Below, piece by piece: positions 30,201 to 38,836 of a DNA stretch of 64,000 nt (positions are counted from its first letter, which is position 1; each line of letters begins with the position of its first letter). The position numbers and the translations under genes were made by a program. The notes under the pieces were generated by a model that was not told the DNA's origin, searched no databases, and was given only the letters and a program-made list of their open reading frames with translations. This DNA comes from Gammaproteobacteria bacterium (GTDB lineage: Bacteria; Pseudomonadota; Gammaproteobacteria; JBCCGL01), in contig OZ255836.1 of assembly GCA_965277715.1 (NCBI GenBank), forward strand, positions 32,001 through 96,000, in the 5' to 3' direction.

Positions 30201-33200
30201 ATCCAATGTGTAGTCGTGCTCAAGCACAACGCCGTCGGCATGTTCAACCTTATCGATACGGCTGGCTTGGTCGTAACTGTTGCGCGTGGTAAAGCGGCGA
30301 CCATCGATATTCAGGGTTTCGCTGTCTGGTCTGGCGAGATCATCATAGGTGTAGCGACGCAGCGATTCCGGCCCTTCGCGCTCGCTGAGCTGGCCCAGGC
30401 CGTTTTCGGCACTGTCGTAACGCCAATGGTAGTTTCCATCGACCTGTTGGCTGGCCGTTTTACGGCCCAGCACATCGTATTGCAATACAACTTCCTGGCC
30501 CTTGGCATCCTTTTGGTAAATCAGCTCGCCGAAGGCATTGTAGCGGTATTCCCAACGCCCCATCGAGGGGTCGCTCATCGCTATTTTATTGCCCAGCTGG
30601 TCGTACTCCAGCGTGGTGATATAGCCGTTACTATTGGTTTGAATAGCGTTACCCAAGGCATCGTACTGATAGCTGACCGTGGACGCACCATTTTCATCAA
30701 TGGAAACAGGGTTATCGCGCACATCGCTTACCGTGACCTTACGATAATCATTGGGTTCAATAACGGTAGTAGTCAGCCCCTGGTATTCATAGCGGGTGGT
30801 AATAGGGCCATCACTGGATGGCATATGTTGCGCCAGTTGTCGGCCCAGTTGGTCATACTCAATGGTCGACCAGAAAGTGTTATCACCGGGGAAATGACCT
30901 TCAAAATACGGCAGGGTGGCAGCGGCAATTTGACCACGGTGGTTGTATACCTTATCGGTAATCACGTATTTGTAATTGCCGTCCAGGTGCATAGTGCGCA
31001 CTTCGCGATCCAGGGCATCGTAGTATATGCGTGACCAGGCACCGGTCGTGTTGTTGCGCTCGGTAATCATATACACGCTGCGATCCCCCAGCGGCAGCCC
31101 CAGGGACTGGTAATCCAGCCCTGCGTCGGCGCCGTCACTCCACTGGTAAAACCACTCGGTCACCTGGCCATCTGGCAGGGTTTCCTTGATTTTTCGACAG
31201 GCACCATCGTACTCCCACAAGACACTCAGGCCATTGGCATCGGTTTGTGCCACCGGCAGCCCGCACAGTGCATGGTACTGCGTGCGGTTGGTATGCCCCA
31301 GTGCATTAGTGGCAAGCCCAGGGCGGCCATCGACGTCGTATTCACCCAGGCTGCTAGTACGCGTTTCGCTACTCTCAACGCCCTTGATGAAGGTCTGTGT
31401 GAGATTACCTTCGGTGTTATAGCTAAAGGTACTTTCCAGGGCCAATGGATGACCGGGCTGTATGGTTTCAGTACGCAGGGCGCCGTTGGGGTAGTAGCTG
31501 AACGCGGTGGCGCGTTTTTTGGTATCACCTGGCACAGAGTGGGTAACTTCTATTGTTAAGGGTTTGGCCAGTACCCACTCGGCCTCATCGTTGAGGTAAT
31601 TACTCTCAGTAAGTTGACGATACTCGATACCATCGGCACCACGGGTAACCGTTTCCAAGCGCAGCAGCTGGTCGAAAGCGTTGTATGCGTGGTAGTGGGT
31701 TTCCTCGGTTTTTATCAGGCTGCCGTCGAGTGCGTAATCGTGCTCTACAGAATAGCTAACACGAGCGCGCTCCCGACCGGTAAGTGGGTCGGTTATTTCT
31801 TCGTGAGTGGAGGCGGTTTCGCTTATCAGCTGGCCGTTAGAATGCTGGGTCACGCGCACTGGCGTGCCTTTTAGCAGCTCATCGGTGCTGTACTCGGTCA
31901 AGGTAGTGAGGCCGCTGGTGAGATTGCGTTTCTCTATCTTGTGGTAACCAACAGCACCATCTTCACGGTGGGTTTTATAGCCCTGGTAGTGGAATTCCAG
32001 CGTGTTTTTACCACCTATAGCGTTGTCCGAGACAATGCTGTTAATCACCAGTGTTGCCGGTGTGATATCAAGCAGTGGTGACACCGCATCACTTTCTGGG
32101 GTGTAGACTGCGGGGCTGGCGAGATTGGAATAGTTGAAGTCCGTGCGCAAACCATAGCCGTCGGTAACTGACACCAAGCGCGCCAGTGGTTGGTAGACGG
32201 CGATACCACAGCTAATGCCGTCGTGGCTACGGTAGCAATCATCCGGGTAGCCGTCACCGTCAATATCCGACACTTGCTTGAAGGGGCCATAGGCGGCACG
32301 CATGATGACTGTGTGGATATGGGTTTTTAGCCCAAATAGTCTTTTTAGCGAGTGCAGGTAGAGTGATTCGCTCTTATCTTCAATCTCATAGTCGGCCAAT
32401 ACTGGCATCCTGGCGGCATAATTGGTAAACGCCCCACCGTCGCTATAGGCGCATTTTTGTTCGTCGGCAACCAGGGTGCAGAAATCTGCCAGCTGATCAC
32501 CATTCCTGTCGGTCAGGCTGATTGAGGCCTCAATGACCGGCAACCATACACTCTCGGCCCAGTCTGCCCCGCTAAAAGTAAACCAACTCGTCTCAGCGTT
32601 AAAACCTGCCCCAGTGTTGATTCGGCACATATAGTCACCACCACGCCGGTAGCAGAGATCAGCCAAACCATCGGCGTTGATATCAGCGTGGCGAAACGTG
32701 CGGTTCAGGACTCTTGTTTCGATAAATTCCTGTGTGGTACTGAGTGCTGGCAAACTAGCGGCCCATACCTCAGGACTACCAAACTCAGGGTATTCAACTC
32801 CATCTACGCTGGCATAACCGTGGCCCAGGGCGCACTGATAGTCCAGATCAGATGAATCTGGATCGCGTTTCAGACCACAGATATCCGCATAGCCATCGCC
32901 ATTGACATCCATGCGGGAGGGCTGGGGGGTTTTGCTGGTTTCGGTTGTGGTGCTGGTTTCGGTTGTGGTGCTGGTTTCAATACGGTCATCGCCTTTAGTC
33001 TTATGTATGGTAGTAGTGGTTTTGCTGACGGCATGCTCCAGCAAAAAGCCAAAATCAGTACCGGGCACTTTGACGGTCTCAGTCACTGACGTGCCTTCCA
33101 GGTTGCGTGCACAGTACAGGCCGTCCTCTTTAAAGGCGCAAAAATCCACCCACCGATCACGGTCTATATCAATAAAGCGTACGGCATTGTCGATAGTGAG

Positions 33201-35204
33201 GTCACTCACCTTATAACTGCTATCAACAAAGCGCTCGCCGTTTTCGTTGATACCACAGAAAATGCCGTTGTCACCGAGCAGGCAATAATCAGGTTGTGCG
33301 TCACGGTTGATATCAATCAAACTCAAGGTAATGAGTTTTTCTTCTTCGCCACGGTCATCGTCGTTGGAGTTGGTCCAGTTTTCACCGCCAGCACCCGGAT
33401 CCAACGCGGTTGTCCACTTAGTGGCCGTGGAGAAGTTACCGTCACCTGCATTCAGTGAGCAGTACAGACCATCCTCATAGTAGCAGAGGTCATTGTTACC
33501 ATCCTTATTCAGATCGCCAACAACATAGGTAAGAGGTTCATCCGAGGCGGCAAGTAACACCTGCTGAATAGCGCTGGGGGCGCTAATTTCCGCAGGTTCT
33601 GAGTGGTAGTCGAACTGCAATGGGGCAAGGCAGTTGCCTTGCGCATCGCAGCGCGTTACTTTCGACAGGCGACTGTAGCGCGACTCGCTGGCTGTCGAAG
33701 TGGTGTTGGTCTGTACCTGCTGGTTGAGAGTGGTGGCCACATCATCCTCAAGGGTGTCCGCCTGTTGGCGCAGGCTGGCAGCCGAGGCTTCGAGTTTGCT
33801 GATACTTGCGTTGGCCAGTTCGGCGGCGTGTTGTGGCAGAGTGCGCGCAGCCTCGATTTCCGCTATCGCCTCGCTATAGCCCTGAGCGCTTTCAGTACTG
33901 GCTTGTGCGAGATCTTCGTGGCTACTAGCCAATCGCATGTAACTATTTGACTGCGCCAGTTTATCCTCATGGGCAGTTTCCCAGAAAGAACTATTGAAGG
34001 TGGTGTTGGTGTGTTCGTGGACAAAAAACATAATATCGCCAACCGAAATAGGCACCGGATTTGGGTAGGCTTCAGTGGTCGTCGTGGTGTGCTGCTGGTA
34101 TATCTGCATAGCCTCCTGCTGCAATTGCAGTGCATTGCTGCGGTATAGCGTCGCGGCATTCTGTTTATTAGTGGCATCATCCTCGGCATTCTGAATTTTT
34201 TCTTCCAGATCAGCACTTTGTGCACTGTATTCATCGAGTTGATCGGTATGCTGAGCACGCTCGCTACGTCGTTCCTCAATGAGCTCATCGATACTGTCTG
34301 CCTGAACGCGCAACCGAGCTACGTGCTCCAGTTTCGTCTGGCTGTTGTCGCGTGCTATACCCGGTGGAATGAATGCATCATCAGGGCTATCCGAGTAACC
34401 GAAACGGTATTCGTAGATCAATTGACTCTGGCGTTTTACCTGCAAACGACTTAGACGGTTATCCTGTGTAGTAGCCTCACCGAGCTGATAGGAGGTCATC
34501 ACATCGGGACGCTGTTGGTAGACGAACTCGACGGTGTAACTGGAGTACTCTATGTCCTTTAGTTGTATTAGTCCATTTTGATTCTGATAGGTATAGGTAA
34601 GCGTGTTGTCAAATCGATCACGCTGTTCGCGTAGATACCACTGCTGGGCTTTGCCAGCGATAAGTTTAATGCTGTCGCCACCTTGCCCATAGTGGTGGAT
34701 AAAACCATCTGCCGATCTTACTTCCCAGTACTCAGGCCCCGATGCCTGCTGACCATGTGCAGTGACCTTGGTACCGGGCGAGTAGCGCAGACGGTATTCG
34801 CTGCCATTACCACCGTCAGTACCGGCAACCACTATCAATCGCTGGCCGTTGAGACAATAGCGATCGTTGCTATCGAAACGAATCGCACCCTGAAAACCGT
34901 CGTTGTCCTCATCCGCCGCGCAGCGCTGAATAGAAGAGACACCACCGAGTGCAAAGCCAAGGCCGAAAACACCGTTGCTGGCTCCCTGCTGGTAATTGAG
35001 TGACAGCGCCGGGCGCATATCATGGACTCCAGCCGGTAATTCCAGCGGCAGACTGTAGCTAAGCATACCCTGTCGCACTTCAGCATCACCACTGAGCTTG
35101 CCAACTAACAGTTGCTCTTCAGCAAGCGATGGGGTGATTTGTATCACCAACAGTGCGGCGAATGTCAGGAGGGTTTTAGCTATGATCTTAATAAAGCTAT
35201 ACAT
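27270..35204 (-). CDS. 2644-aa SpvB / FG-GAP / YD-repeat Rhs polymorphic toxin with a signal peptide
   Basis: SpvB-like N-terminus (LSYSLPLELPAG..PALSLNY), DxNxDGxxD repeats, YD repeats, Rhs core RGYTGHE..MNARLYDP..NPLKYSDPTG. Confidence 0.92.
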   Translation of the reverse strand: MYSFIKIIAKTLLTFAALLVIQITPSLAEEQLLVGKLSGDAEVRQGMLSYSLPLELPAGVHDMRPALSLNYQQGASNGVFGLGFALGGVSSIQRCAADEDNDGFQGAIRFDSNDRYCLNGQRLIVVAGTDGGNGSEYRLRYSPGTKVTAHGQQASGPEYWEVRSADGFIHHYGQGGDSIKLIAGKAQQWYLREQRDRFDNTLTYTYQNQNGLIQLKDIEYSSYTVEFVYQQRPDVMTSYQLGEATTQDNRLSRLQVKRQSQLIYEYRFGYSDSPDDAFIPPGIARDNSQTKLEHVARLRVQADSIDELIEERRSERAQHTDQLDEYSAQSADLEEKIQNAEDDATNKQNAATLYRSNALQLQQEAMQIYQQHTTTTTEAYPNPVPISVGDIMFFVHEHTNTTFNSSFWETAHEDKLAQSNSYMRLASSHEDLAQASTESAQGYSEAIAEIEAARTLPQHAAELANASISKLEASAASLRQQADTLEDDVATTLNQQVQTNTTSTASESRYSRLSKVTRCDAQGNCLAPLQFDYHSEPAEISAPSAIQQVLLAASDEPLTYVVGDLNKDGNNDLCYYEDGLYCSLNAGDGNFSTATKWTTALDPGAGGENWTNSNDDDRGEEEKLITLSLIDINRDAQPDYCLLGDNGIFCGINENGERFVDSSYKVSDLTIDNAVRFIDIDRDRWVDFCAFKEDGLYCARNLEGTSVTETVKVPGTDFGFLLEHAVSKTTTTIHKTKGDDRIETSTTTETSTTTETSKTPQPSRMDVNGDGYADICGLKRDPDSSDLDYQCALGHGYASVDGVEYPEFGSPEVWAASLPALSTTQEFIETRVLNRTFRHADINADGLADLCYRRGGDYMCRINTGAGFNAETSWFTFSGADWAESVWLPVIEASISLTDRNGDQLADFCTLVADEQKCAYSDGGAFTNYAARMPVLADYEIEDKSESLYLHSLKRLFGLKTHIHTVIMRAAYGPFKQVSDIDGDGYPDDCYRSHDGISCGIAVYQPLARLVSVTDGYGLRTDFNYSNLASPAVYTPESDAVSPLLDITPATLVINSIVSDNAIGGKNTLEFHYQGYKTHREDGAVGYHKIEKRNLTSGLTTLTEYSTDELLKGTPVRVTQHSNGQLISETASTHEEITDPLTGRERARVSYSVEHDYALDGSLIKTEETHYHAYNAFDQLLRLETVTRGADGIEYRQLTESNYLNDEAEWVLAKPLTIEVTHSVPGDTKKRATAFSYYPNGALRTETIQPGHPLALESTFSYNTEGNLTQTFIKGVESSETRTSSLGEYDVDGRPGLATNALGHTNRTQYHALCGLPVAQTDANGLSVLWEYDGACRKIKETLPDGQVTEWFYQWSDGADAGLDYQSLGLPLGDRSVYMITERNNTTGAWSRIYYDALDREVRTMHLDGNYKYVITDKVYNHRGQIAAATLPYFEGHFPGDNTFWSTIEYDQLGRQLAQHMPSSDGPITTRYEYQGLTTTVIEPNDYRKVTVSDVRDNPVSIDENGASTVSYQYDALGNAIQTNSNGYITTLEYDQLGNKIAMSDPSMGRWEYRYNAFGELIYQKDAKGQEVVLQYDVLGRKTASQQVDGNYHWRYDSAENGLGQLSEREGPESLRRYTYDDLARPDSETLNIDGRRFTTRNSYDQASRIDKVEHADGVVLEHDYTLDGNLKRVSIPKSVIWDYDYLQIEDAFRAILQRIAGLESIATEYESRAGHYAGQLEKFRTLANQLYAQQATTLTETQQIQAGIAELEAALRHAQDRASNYRTTADVAWQAFGSNYLEYQRTTNGYHLYSNTECTNSNWKRHCKNRNSFHQWIEANLIQDTDNCTSYVRRLGKSQDFAEITVTHCVWGPKSRINVSEVYLQAASQWQSEADAIAEQLDDSNAQLAHFDGVADEYGALASNYMALATIYADMARRQTDMLAAISTELEDLRNAAQELETVLGDDTQDDKTVLLWASTSRDAAGRLQGELYGNGLLTRREFDRNTGWLNSIKTGIGNDLLRNLSYSYDKRYNVTSRHDTLAGVSEHYGYDSLDRLQSWQYSDPQRQLARSYSYDSRGNITHKSDAGSMSYAANNRLQSRVDPTGANHTYLYDANGNMQSGDGRSYTWTSFNKVARVSQSGHQVDYRYDSEQNRVSRQANGQTTYYITPGLELVTETDANGEVINRARHNIFVDGQVVATYEKTLVGTTETPDKVAYIHRDALGSVDTVTDSHGNVVMRNQFAPYGENLSANKPSPAFKRHELRGYTGHESVAETGLINMNARLYDPVIGRFISADSVVPEPGMGMAYNRYMYVVGNPLKYSDPTGHWWHFVVAAVLYVIGSTTDDPTIRTVSFAVASALLIANPVFSANTVVSTTIIEPGLAISTTLGATGAAVANGALVGFVNGYFASGGDFGAALQGGIIGGVSGGVTDQIGHGGIFTGENAWFSQALAHGVFQGLISEIQGGEFQAGLASGFVAKVGGHYLEGTALDNIAGISILGGLASKAAGGDFLQGAIQAAFVYMYNDKGEQKKTDSEDALKLNLDKDQAKKVFKFYFDDVPEEISDKHVDYAEYLLNEGYLKSRNMGFIDRLFSLVGPAGFHPTSLRDIVSSTSMDLATSGFSVWRFLLSSSNSQNPLIYDSIKDTVALRNRSVYDIDYSGKY
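32934..32978. repeat. 18-bp tandem repeat x2.5 inside rhs (ETSTTT)
   Basis: GCTGGTTTCGGTTGTGGT repeated. Confidence 0.9.
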
Positions 35205-35296
35205 GCCTTGTATTCCTGTCGTTGTATTTCCCAGCTACCGTATCGGTGCTTTGCGCAACCGAGCGTACCGATGATTTTTAGTTGCTTGAGCGAATC

Positions 35297-35851
35297 TTAG
35301 GGTTTACCGATATTTTCCAGTTTTTGTTTAGTGCTCGCCAGATCGTCTAGAAGCGCCTGTGCTTCAGCCGTTTTGGGATAGACCCTGTTTTGTTCTTGAT
35401 CGGCGCGGCTGAGTGCGGCGGCATCGATACCTTCACGGGTAATAATACCGGCGATCAGTGCCTGCATATTATCGACGGTGCTGTCAGCACGCTGAAACTG
35501 TTGATAACCTTCTGCATCGACGGCTTGTTGCTCAAGTGTTTGTTTTGCCTGGATGACAGTGGCATCAAGCTGATCAAGCGATGCTTTTACTGGCACCAGC
35601 TCAGGCGGCAAAGCACCTTTTATAACACCGCGTCCATCAGCACTTTGTTCTATAACAGTGGGTTCAGGTGTTTTCTGGAGGGGATTCTTCGATAGGTAAT
35701 CCTGGGACAGGACTTCCGGTTTGAACACAGCCGTGGCGGGAATATTATTACTATGGGTAATAATGCCGCTGGTTACCAGTGCGTAGACACCAACCAACGC
35801 CACAACAACCGCGCTGCTGAATAATACTTTTTTTATCGTAAACATACTCAT
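35297..35851 (-). CDS. Membrane-anchored helical hypothetical protein upstream of rhs
   Basis: One N-terminal TM helix and a coiled-coil C-terminus. Co-oriented with rhs, 92 bp upstream. Confidence 0.7.
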   Translation of the reverse strand: MSMFTIKKVLFSSAVVVALVGVYALVTSGIITHSNNIPATAVFKPEVLSQDYLSKNPLQKTPEPTVIEQSADGRGVIKGALPPELVPVKASLDQLDATVIQAKQTLEQQAVDAEGYQQFQRADSTVDNMQALIAGIITREGIDAAALSRADQEQNRVYPKTAEAQALLDDLASTKQKLENIGKP

Positions 35852-36066
35852 TAAGTCCTTATTCCCACTACATATCAGTATCTTACAAGCTTCATTGGAT
35901 AGTGTGCAAGCACTTAACGCGCCTGTAGGGTTACTTTGTTCTACCTAGTACACCGCCTAACTTGTATTGGCGGGTTCAGCATTGCCTTTTTGATCCATCG
36001 ATTCTACTAAAAAACCTAAATATTAAGAACTGACTAATTCCATACAAGCAAACCTACAGTAGGGAA

Positions 36067-37986
36067 TCATTGTTGTACGGCAATATCGTCCAGTAACTGC
36101 TTATTAATAGTGACACTCGCACGCTCACGCAGTGCAAGTAACCAGGCCGCATATTCATTCCGACCTATTGCTGTACGCGCATTATCATTTGCTGATAATA
36201 TTTCGTTTGGCTCTCCCGACGCTATTGCTGACAAGGCAATCACCGCATAATCACCTGATAGTGTTTTCGTCATCGCATATGTAGGCCCAGCCGTTGGTTT
36301 TGGCATTTTAAATAGCTCAGCGATAATGTTGGCATCCGTTTTTGTATCATCACGAGATATTGAAGTTTCCTCGTTCACATTACCACCCAGCGAACTGTTT
36401 ACTTGTGCCATTGTGTCTCCGTTATTTAAAGAAGCCAGTGCTTCTGCGGCAATTGCGTTTAGCTTATCCTCTCGCTGTTTTGTCTCTAGTATATTTTGAA
36501 TTTCAGCGCGGACTTCATCCAGAGATTTTGCTTCGCCCGGCTGGTATTCACGCATTCGGACAACAATAACGTGATTATCACCGACACTAATCACCTCCGA
36601 ATTTAGTTGCTGATCAATAATCTCGTCATCAAAAGCAGCCTTTTTAACAGCGGGGTAACTAAAAATCCCCTCATTACTATCAGCGCCCAACCATTCAGTT
36701 TCAATCACCGGAATATCCAGGGTTTCTGCTGCTACCTCAAGTGTGTCATCGTTTTCGTAAACCTGATTTGCTAATGTTTCAGAAAGCTCAGAGAACAATT
36801 GCTCTGCTTCCTGAACGCGGTAGGCCTGTTCCACTTCCTCTCTAGCCTGATCAAACGACTTGCCCTGTTCAGCAATAATTTCATTCAGTTGAATTAAGTG
36901 AAAGCCAAAAGATGATTCCACAATCTCACTGAGCTCACCTGCCTCAAGGGAAAATGCAGCCTGCTCGAACTCTGATACCATAACACCACGGGGAAACTCA
37001 CCCAAATCACCTCCCTGCTGCGCAGACCCCGGATCTTCTGAATGTGTTTTGGCAAGCTCGGCAAACGATTCCCCCGCCAATACCCTATCGCGCAAGGTAT
37101 CAATTAACTGCCTCTTTTCCGCTTTATCCTCTGCAGAAATTTCATCATCCAGGGTAATTAAAATATGCGATGCACTGCGTCGCTCTGGCAAGACATATTT
37201 GTCTTTTTCGTTAAGATATGCTTCACGCAACCGCTCTTCGTCTACATCGATTGTCTGCGCCAAGGTATTCTGGTTCAGTTCAATATAATCCAATTTAACT
37301 TTTTCAGTATGCTGGAATTGTGCCGTATTGGCCGAGAAATATGCTTCAACCGATGCTTCATCCGGTGTTTCTATTGAACCGAGTAAATCAGCGGTAATAG
37401 CTATTGTTGAGAAAGTTCTGGTTTGGTTTCTCAGCGCATCAACACGCTCAGACTCCCGCTTTGTTTGAAACGATGAGGATAGAACGCCTTCACGCATTTG
37501 ATTAACAATGAGATCCTGTTTCAACTGCTCTTCAAATTGCTGAGCCGTTAAACCCTGCGATTGAAGCTGCCGCTCATAGCGTTCTTTATTAAAGGCACCA
37601 TCTTCCTGAAAAGCCGCCTCATCATATAACTGCAATGCAATCGTCTGATCGCCCATTGCATAACCGCTATTGTTAGTGTGCTGTTGTAATAAAGTACGTG
37701 TTATCGATGTTTCCAACGCTTGTTTGCGCAGAAAAGAAGCACTATCAAACCCATCCGGGATTTTGCCACCAAATGCTGCGCGCAATTGATTGCGTTGTAC
37801 ATAATAGTTTTGCTCATAAGCGCGAATGCTAACCTCGTCATCGTTGACTTTAGCCGCGTAATTATTCCCACCTCCACCAAAATAGGAACCAATCCCGAAT
37901 AATGCAAATGGAATAGAGATAACAACGATAACAGTCGTTCCTAACCATTTGGAACCTTTAACTCGATCACGAAGCGATAACAACAT
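36067..37986 (-). CDS. ppiD: Periplasmic folding chaperone / PPIase D
   Basis: SurA-N domain, ASHILI..SEDPGSAQQGGDLG parvulin domain, conserved synteny. Confidence 0.95.
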   Translation of the reverse strand: MLLSLRDRVKGSKWLGTTVIVVISIPFALFGIGSYFGGGGNNYAAKVNDDEVSIRAYEQNYYVQRNQLRAAFGGKIPDGFDSASFLRKQALETSITRTLLQQHTNNSGYAMGDQTIALQLYDEAAFQEDGAFNKERYERQLQSQGLTAQQFEEQLKQDLIVNQMREGVLSSSFQTKRESERVDALRNQTRTFSTIAITADLLGSIETPDEASVEAYFSANTAQFQHTEKVKLDYIELNQNTLAQTIDVDEERLREAYLNEKDKYVLPERRSASHILITLDDEISAEDKAEKRQLIDTLRDRVLAGESFAELAKTHSEDPGSAQQGGDLGEFPRGVMVSEFEQAAFSLEAGELSEIVESSFGFHLIQLNEIIAEQGKSFDQAREEVEQAYRVQEAEQLFSELSETLANQVYENDDTLEVAAETLDIPVIETEWLGADSNEGIFSYPAVKKAAFDDEIIDQQLNSEVISVGDNHVIVVRMREYQPGEAKSLDEVRAEIQNILETKQREDKLNAIAAEALASLNNGDTMAQVNSSLGGNVNEETSISRDDTKTDANIIAELFKMPKPTAGPTYAMTKTLSGDYAVIALSAIASGEPNEILSANDNARTAIGRNEYAAWLLALRERASVTINKQLLDDIAVQQ

Positions 37987-38143
37987 GGTTTCACCAAAAA
38001 TGCGGGCTTATTATTGATTGTCTCGGCTAACCTGATCCAGTTAACCGGGTATTGTCCAGAAATAAAAATAAAAGGGTGCCTATGACACCCTCTACTTTAA
38101 ATTCATATGTTACTCATTAAAACAGACATAGAATTTATCCTTA

Positions 38144-38220
38144 TGGCGGAGCGGACGGGACTCGAACCCGCGACCCCCGGCGTGACAGGCCGGTATTCTA
38201 ACCAACTGAACTACCGCTCC
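38144..38220 (-). tRNA. tRNA-Asp(GTC)
   Basis: GGAGCGGTAGTTCAG..CTGTCAC..GTTCGAGTCCC..CGCCA. Confidence 0.97.
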
Positions 38221-38227
38221 AATATTG

Positions 38228-38303
38228 TGGTGGGTGCTGAGGGACTTGAACCCCCGACCCTCGCCTTGTAAGGGCGATGCTCTCCCAACTGAGCTAAGCA
38301 CCC
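38228..38303 (-). tRNA. tRNA-Val(TAC)
   Basis: GGGTGCTTAGCTCAG..CTTACAA..GTTCAAGTCC..CACCA. Confidence 0.97.
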
Positions 38304-38319
38304 CTTCCCAGAAAGCGCG

Positions 38320-38592
38320 CTAGTTTACGGCATCTTTCAATGCTTTACCAGCTTTAAAACTCGGCACATTAGAGGCAGCAATCTGTATGGTATCACCCGT
38401 ACGCGGGTTGCGACCTTCACGTGCTTCACGTTTACGTACTAAAAAAGTACCAAAACCAATCAACGTCACCTGGTCACCCTCTTTAAGGGCATTCCCCACA
38501 GTGGCAACCATCGAATCAATGACCTTAGCGGCCGTGGTTTTCGGTACATCGGCGCTTTGCGCAACCGCTTCTACAAATTCTGTTTTATTCAT
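38320..38592 (-). CDS. hupB: DNA-binding protein HU
   Basis: GFGTF..GRNPRTG..FKAGKALKDAVN. Confidence 0.95.
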   Translation of the reverse strand: MNKTEFVEAVAQSADVPKTTAAKVIDSMVATVGNALKEGDQVTLIGFGTFLVRKREAREGRNPRTGDTIQIAASNVPSFKAGKALKDAVN

Positions 38593-38836
38593 CCAGCACT
38601 CCCTAAGTTAGGCTAAAAAATGAAAATGGTTATTTGGAACCACCTATATATATTATAACAGGTAGCTGGCGTATTAACGGAACGAACTCTCTACAAAGGT
38701 CACACCCGCAGTAATAATTGCAACTTGCAGGCAAGGCAACCTGTATTTGGCCTTATCTCAAACAAGCAACTACTGTTTATACCAACTGGATAGAAGCCGT
38801 GTCAACACAAAACCCTCTGTACACGCGCATTCACTA

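Noticed and set aside
27270-35204. Complete Tc (ABC) toxin or T6SS effector locus
   Set aside because: No TcA, VgrG, PAAR or chaperone gene nearby, and the protein has a signal peptide.
38110-38301. Short ORFs over tRNAs (also 44996..45181)
   Set aside because: They overlap clear tRNA genes.
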